Part shown: piece after piece, positions 34,076 to 44,310 of the stretch
Layout: each line of letters opens with the position of its first letter
How positions within the stretch are numbered: the stretch's first letter is position 1
Assembly: GCA_043228905.1 (NCBI GenBank)
Contig: JBHGNT010000013.1
Location: forward strand, 11,842,001-11,906,000
Source: Azolla caroliniana
Taxonomy: Eukaryota > Plantae > Polypodiophyta
Length of the DNA: 64,000 bases
Direction: 5' to 3'
Position numbers and translations under genes: made by a program
The notes under the pieces: model-generated
What the model saw: only the letters and a program-made list of their open reading frames with translations
What the model was told of the DNA's origin: nothing
Databases searched by the model: none

Positions 34076-36397
34076 CGAGGGGACGAAGGTGGTGGAGATC
34101 AGCGCGGAACGAGAATCGGGACGACGCGAAGGTCGACGGAGGCCAAGCGGGCCATCACGGGTGCTCCTCGAACGGAGAATACCGTGTATTCGAAGGGGCG
34201 TAAAATGGAGCATGCACTACGGCCGGCGAAGGGCCAAGAAGCAAGCATGCACCCAGAAGAGCGGCAAGGAGTGACCGGCAACAGCGGATCGGTCGAACCT
34301 TTGAGAGGCAAGCACATGGTGAGAGACGGAGCAGGAAGGTGCCGTGATCGGTGGATGCATGGCGGGAGAGAAGGATGGTGCGTGGAGAACAAAGGGGTAC
34401 TCGCCGGGAAGAGAAAGTGCGGCGTCCCGGAGGACACGTGAGGCCAAGAGGGCGCAAGTCGAGGCGAAGCGGTAACAAGAGCTGCGAAGGACACCGACAC
34501 GGAGGTCGGTATGATGGTACACTCTACGGCGAGAGAGCATGAAAAGCAAAGGGGAAGCGAGGAGCGCGTAATGGGGTCACTTATGGACCGAAGAACGAGC
34601 GCGCATTCGGGGGATGACAACGACACACGGAAAGAGCCTACGGAAGGCGAGCGCAGGATGGTAAAAGTTGGCACGAGGTATTCGGGAGGAGAAGACGGTC
34701 GAACCAAAGGAGGGACACACGCGGTACACGGAATCCGGCATGCGATCGGAGTGACCGGGTATCAAGATTCGAACTCTTGACACGACCATGTTATAATCTA
34801 GTATTATGAGTTAACCAAGATATCTAGTACATAGTTATGTATGTAATTGATCCTTATTATTTTGCTAGCATCATGTGCATAGTTGCTCCCTTGTAGTATT
34901 TACACTTGGCACATGCATGCATACCTACATACTCTATTGTAGATTCACATGCGTGCAACAAGTATGCATGCCATGTAGTATAAATAGAGGAGTTCACCTT
35001 GAAGGAATTCAAGGTGAACAACACTAGTTATGGAGTTTTTCCTTTAATACTATCTTCTTTCTTGTCCATTTGGTTATCTTCTTGCTTGTCTCTTGAGCTT
35101 ATGATCCGTGACAGTTTGTTCACCTTCCCATCCTCATAGCTCTCCCTCTCATAAGCCATAGCTATGTCCGACTCAACTAGTGAGTTAGGCCAAATAATGG
35201 TAGCCTTACGAGAACTACAGCTTGAAAATGAAGCTCTTTGAAATTCTTTACAAGAACTTCAAGTTGGTACCTCCCTATCCCACCTCGTTATCCCAAGCGA
35301 TTTCATAAGTAGTTCATTGTGACAATCGTCTTTTCGAATTTCGCCAAGAAGAGTGCCGGACTTGGGCTCCACCTCATTCACTTCCACGCCACGCCCTGGT
35401 CATACAACCCCAGGCATCCTCACACTCGCCTACTTTGGCAGATGCTCCTATCCCCATGGAAATTGATCAAGCCCGATTTCGGCCATTGACTGATGCTGAA
35501 CGACAATTTCGGCGGGCTAATGGCTTGTGCATGTATTGTGGCGCCTCCGGTCATGTCGTTCGCCATTGTCCTAGGAGTACTCGCCCACAATTCCATCGAG
35601 CTAACGAACCCCAAAATCCGGAAAACGACATCGTTCGGTTGCAGTAGGAGCCATGCAATTGGACATCTCCCGTCGCCCACATTCTCTTGGTTCCATTCAG
35701 TCTGTTGCTTTACTTGATTTTGGGGCATCTTCTTGCTTCATCGACGTCGCATTTGCCCAAGCACATGGCGTACCTGTCGTTGGCCTCTCAAAACCCATTC
35801 CAGTTGAAGCCATCGACAGGTGCGTCCTCTCGTCAGGTGCAATTACTCAAGCTACAATCCCATTAGGGCTTCGGGTGGGCTCACACCAGGAGGAGCTCGC
35901 CTTTTATCTCATCGCATCTCCTTGACATCCGATCGTCTTAGGACTAACGTGGTTGGAGGCGCACAATCCAATAGTGGATTGGTGCAACCGCTCGATCACA
36001 TTTAGCAAGCCAAGATGCTCGTGCAAAAGTATGAAGGTAAATTCAGTTTCCTATCCTTCGGAGACGGTCGACTCCGAATTGACTACCCCATCATCGGTCC
36101 ATGATGGGTTTGTTTGTGGCGCCATTTCTAACACACTCCATGTTATACCCGAAAAATACCAACACTTCTCCGACATATTTGAAAAATGTAGTGCTGATAG
36201 TTTGCTTGAACACCGGCTCTACGACTGTCCGATTGATCTTCAAGAAGGTGCGTGTCCACCCTTTGGTCCTCTATATGCGTTGTCAGCACCAGAGTTGAAG
36301 GCCCTTCGTGTGTATCTCGATGATAACCTCGAGAAAGGATTTATTCAACCTTCTAAGTCACCAGCCGGGGCCCCCATTTTATTTGTGAAGAAGAAGG

Positions 36398-39300
36398 TGT
36401 CGAATACAAGTGTATAATGGACGTATTCACACTATCCCTTTGTATAGCTCAAGTTTGGGCCATTTGTGTAATTAGCATAAAGGGTAGTTGCCCTAAGTTT
36501 GTCACTATATAAAGTGACCTAGTAACCTTTTTGTAAGGTTGGGTTGTATTATTATTTCTATTGAATAGAAAGAGTCTTTTGTGCCTCCTCTCTCTCTCTC
36601 TCTCTGTCTCTGTGCACGACCTTGAAACTGTCATACGCAGGTACTCAACAGAATCGAATCCTACTTGATCTTCCGCATCGACACGGCCTTGTCTTCAACA
36701 TCTGGTATCAGAGCCAGGTTCCTCAACCCGTTGTCGGCCGTCGTCTCAGCTTGCACAACATTCGGTTCTTCGCGTCATCACAGCCTGCACAGTATTCGGC
36801 CTTTCGCTTCATCCTAGTCTGCAAAGCATTCGGCCTCTTGCGTCATTCGAAGAAACAAAGAAGAAAGTAGGCAAACACAAGCCTGAATCTCGCTGCGTTA
36901 GATCATCACTCGGAGTAAGCCAGCCGGTTGTACTCTGTTCCTTATGATCGTAACCATTCGAGGTGAAATCCCCTTGTGCAACATTGACACGATCGTGCTC
37001 CACTCGGTTAAACGGCATCCGAAGAGGTCATCAAACGCTGCTCGCCGCTCATTGTAACCACTCGGTGCAGATCGTTCTCAAGACAACAACCCCAATTCGT
37101 GCTTCATCCGGCTGATCGACATTCGGGAGGATCAGTTGGATCCGTCTCTCTCGTCGCTGCAATCACCCGAAGCAGAATCGGTCCAGACAATCGGTTTCAA
37201 TAATCGGTATTTGGCATATATATTCGGAAGCGAACCGGGCTCACTCCGACTCGGCAACATTCGGGAAGACCAGTCGGTTCTGTCCCTCAAGTTACCGGAG
37301 TCAATTCGAGCAAGTTTAACAATACATATATCCGAAGCCGAACCGACTCGGGTTCAAATCCGACTAGAACGATATCGGGTGAGCCAACCGGCTGCACTCC
37401 AACAAGGTTCGTAGTCAACTCCGAACCGAGCTTCGTCAACCGAAACCAAATTTGATGGCATCAACATCCGGCTCGTCAGAAATGAGTCTACGAAAGTTTG
37501 ATGGATCGAACTTCAACTTCTGGAAGGAGCAAATGCAGGACTATCTCATAGTCAAGGGGCAAATCGATCCCATCGAAAATGAAGAACCTCCAGAAGGATA
37601 CAAACCAATTGAGTGGCAGAAGCTGGACAGAATCGTCCGCACCACGATTCGGATGCACCTATCGGAATCGGTATACTTTACGGTGCAATCGTGTACGACA
37701 GCATTCGAACTGTGGAAAACATTGTCGGACACCTACGAAAAGAAGGTCGCTGCAACGAAGATGTTTCTGATCCGGCGCCTCTACAACTTGCGGATGAAAG
37801 AATCCGATTCGGTTCAAGCACATCTCAATGAGTACGAAAGCATAAGCTCCCAAATCTCATCTCAGGGGACGGCAATCGAGGATGAACTCAGAGCAATGAT
37901 ACTCATGAGCAGCCTTCCCTCATCATGGGAAACTTTCGTCACAACCGTGTGCAACGCGTCAACCACGGCTGTTAAATACTCCGAAGTCACGAGCGCAATC
38001 CTGACCGAAGCAGCTCGGAGAAAGTCTTTCGCCAAAGACTCAACAGACGACGCTTATGTAGTACAAGGTTCGACAGACCGATCGAACGTACGAGGAAGAG
38101 ATTCCTCACGGCAGTCGAACAATCAGCGAAGACGGAGCCAGTCACGGGATAATCGAATCTGCAACTATTGCAAGAAACCCGGACACATCAAAGCCGACTG
38201 CCGCGCACTCAAGAACAAGAACGACAAGTCTCAGAAATCAGACAAGAAGAGTGGCCGGCATGAGGAGATCAATTACGTCAGCTTCTCAGCTAATGTGCTA
38301 CCAAACGACCCGAATATACTATCAATCGAAAATCCAGTCGGATCAGAAGTTCTGCTCACGACTGAAGAATCGAGCACATGGCTCTTAGATTCGGGCGCGT
38401 CATTTCACGTGACTCCTCATCGATCCCAATTTCGGCAATATACGATCCGTCACTCCGACTCAGTTCGAGTCGGCAACTCGCAACACTGTGACATCATTGG
38501 AATCGGCACAGTAGAGCTCAACCTTGCAGGTGGCTCTACACTTGTACTTCACAATGTCCGACATGTACCCGAGCTCTCAAGGCCATTGATCTCAGTCGGA
38601 CAACTAGATGAAGACGGCATTCGTGCCGGTTTTTCTTCGGGAGGGTGGACACTCCACAGGGGGAACCTCCTGCTTGCTAGAGGACCCAAGATACACTCAC
38701 TGTATCCGTTACATGTTACGCTCAGAGAGGGTAACCTGTTTTTGGTGGATATTCCTGTGTCATCACTATGGCACAGAAGATTAGGACACCTCAGCAAGGC
38801 CGGCATTACGCACCTATCTAGAGCCGGATACATCCCTAAACTCTCCTTCTCGGACCATCAATTTTGCGAACATTGCCAGTATGGCAAACAAGCAGCCGCA
38901 TCACACCCGACATCAGCACCAAGAGAATCGAGACCTCTTGATTTAGTCCACTCGGACGTCTGTGGCCCAATGCCGCATCAGTCTCTCGGCGGTGCCTCTT
39001 ACTTCGTCAGTTTTATTGACGATTCGACTCGAAAGGTGTGGGCTTATCCAATTCGCACCAAAGATCGTGTCTTCTCGATCTTCTCCGATTGGCTTGCTAT
39101 GGTAGAAAATCAAACTGACCGAAAACTGAAATGCTTTCGGACCGACAATGGGGGAGAGTTCAAATCAGAAGAATTCGTCAAATTCTGCCGACAACGCGGC
39201 ATCCGACGTGAATTTACAGCACCACACAGTCCGGAGCAAAATGGGATTGCAGAACGCATGAATCGGACAATCCAAGAACGGATAGTTTCCATGCTCCAAC

Positions 39301-41982
39301 ACTCCGGACTGTCGGATGGCTTCTGGGCAGAGGCTCTACTCACGGCAGTACACATAATCAATATGTCGCCAAGCAGACCTCTAGGACTTCAAATTCCTCA
39401 GGAACTATGGATCGGCAGTAAGCCGAATTACGACAAGCTGAGGATCTTCGGATGCGAGGCGTACGCCCTTATTCCGAAAGATGATCGCCGAAAACTTGCA
39501 CCTCGGTCCAGGAAATGCATTTTCCTTGGATATGGATCAGACGGCGAAATGGGATACCGACTCTGGGACCCCGAACGCAGACAAATCGTTCGAAGTTCGG
39601 ACGTTGTGTTCAACGAGTCGGCTATGAATCCATCAGTCCAAACACCGATCGAAGTCCGAAGGGTAACATTTTCCGATGTGCCGACCCTTCAAGAAGGCCC
39701 CGCTCTTAACACACGGTCAGCTTCACGGGTAGCTGAACCTTACACTACCGACTCGGACAACTCTGACTCGGCACAACAGAATAACTCACTTTCGGACCAT
39801 CCGACCTCGATACCCGATACGACCAGTCCAATCATACCTCGACGATCCGAGAGACTGTCGCAACCTCCGGAGAGGTATTCTCCTGGAATTTTCTTCACCG
39901 ACGCCGGCGAACCGACGTCTTACGAAGAAGCATCGACATCTGTCGATTCAGCCACCTGGCATCTGGCGATGGAGTCGGAAATGCACTCCATTCGGGCAAA
40001 CAAGACTTGGGATCTGGTCGAATTACCTAAGAATCGACGTGCTCTTCCTTGCAAGTGGGTTTATCGACTAAAAGAGACGTCTGATTCGACCACCCCAAAG
40101 TACAAGGCCAGATTAGTTGCGAAGGGCTTCCGACAAGAATATGGCGTCGACTTTGACGAGATTTTTTCACCAGTGGTGAAAATGACAACCCTTCGTTTTC
40201 TACTCGGCGTAGTGGCAGCCGACAACTTGGAGCTGATTCAGCTAGATGTCAAAACAGCCTTCCTCCATGGTGATCTTGAAGAGGAAATTTATATGGAGCA
40301 GCCAAAAGGCTTCGTGGCACCTGGCCAAGAACATCTAGTCTGCCGACTCAGGAAGAGTCTATACGGCCTCAAACAGGCACCGCGACAATGGTACAAGAAG
40401 TTCGACGACTTCATCCAATCGATCGGCTTCTCAAAAAGCGATGAGGACCATTGTCTTTTTACCAACACAGCTCAAGATGGATCACCCATCTTCCTCATCA
40501 TTTACGTGGACGACATGCTAATTTCTGGACGCCACGCGGGCGAACTTGCCGATCTCATTCGGCAACTACGGTTGAAGTTTGCCATGAAGGACCTCGGTCC
40601 GTCACGACACATACTTGGCATGAAGATTAGTCGGCATCGCGATAAACGACATCTTTTTTTGTCTCAGACCGACTATATCGGACGTGTCTTGGAACGCTTC
40701 AACATGCAATCAGCCAAATCTGCTTCAACCCCGCTCCCCATGAATCTTCGGCTCTCTCAGCGAGACTGCCCGACATCCGGTCCGGAGGGGGAAGATATGA
40801 AGTCGGTACCGTATGCACCGGCAGTCGGCTCCCTTATGTACCTGATGGTCGCGACACGGCCTGATATCTCTCATGCCGTAGGAGTCGTTAGCAGATTTAT
40901 GCACAATCCTGGCCGATCGCATTGGAACGCAGTCAAGCATGTGTTCAGATATCTGGCTGGCACAAAAGACCACGGCATTCTTTTCGGTCCGAACTCAACC
41001 TCAGGCGTAGTCGGTTACACCGACTCGGACTTCGCCGGCTGTATAGACAGTCGAAAATCAACAACTGGATACTGCTTCAAATTCGGCAATGGAGCAATTT
41101 CGTGGAAGTCGAAACTTCAGGAGTGCACAGCGACCTCAACGACCGAAGCAGAATATGTAGCTGCGTCCGACGCTGCAAAAGAAGCTTTGTGGCTCGGCCG
41201 GCTGGCGCACACGTTTCGACAAGTCGACCATGACTCGGCCCCAGTTGTCTATAGCGACAGTCAAGGTGCTGTTGCCTTGTCGAAAAATCCGGTTCACCAC
41301 AATGCCTCCAAACATATCGACGTTCGATATCACTTCGTTCGGGACTGCGTCATTTCAGGGAAAATCGGTCTAGAGAAAATATCCACAACCGACAATGTCG
41401 CAGATGGAATGACCAAGTGTATTTCGGCAGACCGCTTTCGGTCCCTTCGGCATCAGATGGGCGTAACGACAAACCAGTCCGGTTAGAGCCGGACACAGCG
41501 TAGGATGGTTTCAGACAACCGACATCAGTTCCTTAATGATCGGCTTCAACTCTTCCGACCCGACCAGTTCGGTCTTCTGCCTTCGGATCCTGCCGACTCG
41601 AACAAAACTGATATGTCCGAGAACCTAGGTTTATACCTGTAATCTTAGATAACCCATGTATACGCCCATTACGGGGGAGTGTCGAATACAAGTGTATAAT
41701 GGACGTATTCACACTATCCCTTTGTATAGCTCAAGTTTGGGCCATTTGTGTAATTAGCATAAAGGGTAGTTGCCCTAAGTTTGTCACTATATAAAGTGAC
41801 CTAGTAACCTTTTTGTAAGGTTGGGTTGTATTATTATTTCTATTGAATAGAAAGAGTCTTTTGTGCCTCCTCTCTCTTTCTCTCTCTGTCTCTGTGCACG
41901 ACCTTGAAACTGTCATACGCAGGTACTCAACAGAATCGAATCCTACTTGATCTTCCGCATCGACACGGCCTTGTCTTCAACA
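36398..41982 (+). mobile_element. Copia-3: intact, very young Ty1/Copia
   Basis: 303-bp LTRs 36398-36700 and 41680-41982 (one difference seen); TSD GAAGG; Met PBS at 36703-36714; PPT ACGGGGGAG. Confidence 0.98.
37455..41486 (+). CDS. Intact Copia Gag-Pol polyprotein (gag, CCHC, PR, IN, RT, RNase H)
   Basis: Uninterrupted ORF of about 1343 aa; CNYCKKPGHIKADC, WLLDSGAS, FRTDNGGEF, IYVDDM, SKHIDVRYH. Confidence 0.97.
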   Translation: MASTSGSSEMSLRKFDGSNFNFWKEQMQDYLIVKGQIDPIENEEPPEGYKPIEWQKLDRIVRTTIRMHLSESVYFTVQSCTTAFELWKTLSDTYEKKVAATKMFLIRRLYNLRMKESDSVQAHLNEYESISSQISSQGTAIEDELRAMILMSSLPSSWETFVTTVCNASTTAVKYSEVTSAILTEAARRKSFAKDSTDDAYVVQGSTDRSNVRGRDSSRQSNNQRRRSQSRDNRICNYCKKPGHIKADCRALKNKNDKSQKSDKKSGRHEEINYVSFSANVLPNDPNILSIENPVGSEVLLTTEESSTWLLDSGASFHVTPHRSQFRQYTIRHSDSVRVGNSQHCDIIGIGTVELNLAGGSTLVLHNVRHVPELSRPLISVGQLDEDGIRAGFSSGGWTLHRGNLLLARGPKIHSLYPLHVTLREGNLFLVDIPVSSLWHRRLGHLSKAGITHLSRAGYIPKLSFSDHQFCEHCQYGKQAAASHPTSAPRESRPLDLVHSDVCGPMPHQSLGGASYFVSFIDDSTRKVWAYPIRTKDRVFSIFSDWLAMVENQTDRKLKCFRTDNGGEFKSEEFVKFCRQRGIRREFTAPHSPEQNGIAERMNRTIQERIVSMLQHSGLSDGFWAEALLTAVHIINMSPSRPLGLQIPQELWIGSKPNYDKLRIFGCEAYALIPKDDRRKLAPRSRKCIFLGYGSDGEMGYRLWDPERRQIVRSSDVVFNESAMNPSVQTPIEVRRVTFSDVPTLQEGPALNTRSASRVAEPYTTDSDNSDSAQQNNSLSDHPTSIPDTTSPIIPRRSERLSQPPERYSPGIFFTDAGEPTSYEEASTSVDSATWHLAMESEMHSIRANKTWDLVELPKNRRALPCKWVYRLKETSDSTTPKYKARLVAKGFRQEYGVDFDEIFSPVVKMTTLRFLLGVVAADNLELIQLDVKTAFLHGDLEEEIYMEQPKGFVAPGQEHLVCRLRKSLYGLKQAPRQWYKKFDDFIQSIGFSKSDEDHCLFTNTAQDGSPIFLIIYVDDMLISGRHAGELADLIRQLRLKFAMKDLGPSRHILGMKISRHRDKRHLFLSQTDYIGRVLERFNMQSAKSASTPLPMNLRLSQRDCPTSGPEGEDMKSVPYAPAVGSLMYLMVATRPDISHAVGVVSRFMHNPGRSHWNAVKHVFRYLAGTKDHGILFGPNSTSGVVGYTDSDFAGCIDSRKSTTGYCFKFGNGAISWKSKLQECTATSTTEAEYVAASDAAKEALWLGRLAHTFRQVDHDSAPVVYSDSQGAVALSKNPVHHNASKHIDVRYHFVRDCVISGKIGLEKISTTDNVADGMTKCISADRFRSLRHQMGVTTNQSG

Positions 41983-42100
41983 GAAGGATGACTCTCTACG
42001 CTTATGTGTCGACTACCGAGGTCTCAACAAACTCATTGTGCGCAACCGCTATCCGCTACCTCTCATCCCCGAACTCCTTGATCGGCTCCGAGTTGCGCAT

Positions 42101-44310
42101 TGTCGTGAAAAATTTCGACCAGAGGCGGAAACCGGGAAATATTGGCTACATCGGCGGGGTGCAGCATATGCGCTCACCCTTGTACATTTAGTGTGAATAA
42201 CGAGGGCGCCTTTATGGCGCCGAAGGGTAATCAAGTCGGGACAAGAATCTCATGTAAGTCGGGATTTATCCCACATTGTAACGCATCTCCGTCCTTGTTC
42301 TATAAAAGGAAGGGAGCGCCTCTTGTGAAGGGGTTGCCCATTTTGTATTAATAGGGTATACCGTTAGACAGAGCGATGTTCTCTCTTTCTCTCTCTCTCT
42401 CTTGTTTAGGGTTTCTTCTTCTTCTTTTTCTTTTTCTTCTTCTTTTTCTTCTTCTTCCTTGTCCTTTTGTGTGTCGAGCCTTGGCATCTAGCGTTCCAGT
42501 TTTCTGCCTTGTACTCTGTGCAGGACCCCGCTCGGCGCGACAAGCCCGAGAGCTCCCCGACCGGCGGCTTGGTAGTAGACAACGGTTGTATCTCATGCGG
42601 CCTAGGTTCGGCTTGAAGTCGGTGTTGAATCTTGTTATCTTGTAAATACATATACATGTGGTTGTGCATATTCGGGTCTCTGTTGGTGTGTGCGTGTGTG
42701 TCTTAGTGTTTCTTTCTTGCTTATGTACATGTTCGTGTGAGAGTCAATGTTGCATGCCTGCTCTCTATCTCTCTCTCTCTCTCTCTCTCTCGCTCTCCTC
42801 TCCCGTCGGTTGCTTCCGGTGTGCTCCTGGGGGTGCCCCGGAAAAGGTGAAGCGCGGCTTCCTACGCTCCGTCACTCCCTAGTCCACGACCCCCGTGGTC
42901 CCGCCTTTCTACACGCATGCGCGTAACAACGCGACAACGGGCGGTGCCGAATAAAGGAAGCGGAACGCGGCACATGGAGGTGTCGAAGCAGAAAGGCGAG
43001 CACAAAGAATGGATTGCACAGTTCGGAGGTAGCGCGTAGAAGGCCAGGGAAGGATCCTCCACACCGTTTCAGAGACCGTGGCGGTTCGAGCCGACGTGGC
43101 GGCGTAAGACCATGGAGAAGGAAGGTGGCAGCGAGAGGATGAAGGCAACGCGAAACAACATGGGATGGCAATCAAGGCAACCCGAATGGTCGACGGAGGC
43201 CAAGTGGGCCACTACGGGCGTTCCTCAAGCGGGTGACATCGGGCATACAGTGGAGAGCGGAGCGTGCATACAGCCGAACAAGAGCCAGTGGAAGTACGTG
43301 TACTATGGAGATCGCGGCGAAGGACCCATCGACGGGTTGAACGAGCCTACGGGGAGGTAAGCGCGAAGGAAGAACCGAAGCCGACGAATCAAACCGGCAG
43401 CGGGGCCAGGATGCGGATTATGGAAGACCGGTTTTTCACCGGCCGAAATCTCTCACCCTTCACTGGATTTGGCACGTACCGGTGGACGTGCGGTTTGGTG
43501 GGGGCAGATGTCGTGAAGAATTTCGGCCAGAGGCGGAAACCGGGAAATATTGGCTACATCGGCGGGGTCCAGCATGTGCACTCACCCTTGTACATTTAGT
43601 GTGAATAACGAGGGCGCCTTTATGGCGCCGAAGGGAAATCAAGTCGGGACAAGAATCTCATGTAAGTCGGGATTTATCCCACATTGTAATGCATCTCCGT
43701 CCTTGTTCTATAAAAGGAAGGGAGCGCCTCTTGTGAAGGGGTTGCCCATTTTGTATTAATAGGGTATACCATTAGACGGAGAGACGTTCTCTCTTTCTCT
43801 CTCTCTCTCTCTCTCTTGTTTAGGGTTTCTTTTTCTTCTTCTTCTTCTTCTTCTTCCTTGTCCTTTTGTGTGTTGAGTCTTGGCATCTAGCGTTCCAGTT
43901 TTCTGCCCTGTACTCTGTGCAAGACCCCACTCGATGTGACAAGCCCGAGAGCTCCCCGACCGGCGGCTTGGCAGTAGACAACGGTTGTATCTCATGTGGC
44001 CTAGGTCCGTCTTGAAGTCGGTGTTGAATCTCGTTGTCTTGTAAATACATATACATGTGGTTGTGCATATTCGGGTCTCTGTTGGTGTGCGTGTGTGTGT
44101 CTTAGTGTTTCTTTCTTGCTTATGTACATGTTCGTGCGAGAGTCAATGTTGCATGCTTGCTCTTTCTCTCCCTCTCCCGTCGGTTGCTTCCGGTGTGCTC
44201 CTGGGGGTGCCCCGGAAAAGGTGAAGCGCGGCTTCCTACGCTCCGTCACTCCCTAGTCCAAGACCCCCGTGGTCCCGCCTTTCTACACGCACGCGCGTAA
44301 CAACGCAACA
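42101..44310 (+). mobile_element. Element C: short non-coding member of the A/B family, lacking a PBS
   Basis: LTRs 42101-42936 and 43509-44310; 572-bp internal region; same pre-PPT motif and PPT; decayed 4-bp TSD GCAT/ACGT; removing it restores Gypsy-2 RT ..[15 protein letters not shown]. Confidence 0.88.

Noticed and set aside
32800-34789. Many overlapping ORFs in element B
   Set aside because: Stop-poor GC-rich repeat sequence, with no consistent frame or domain.
42101-44310. Retrozyme (hammerhead-bearing non-autonomous LTR element), suggested by the 4-bp TSDs
   Set aside because: No CUGANGA...GAAA hammerhead core was found by eye in the A, B or C LTRs on either strand. An Infernal search would be needed to exclude it fully.
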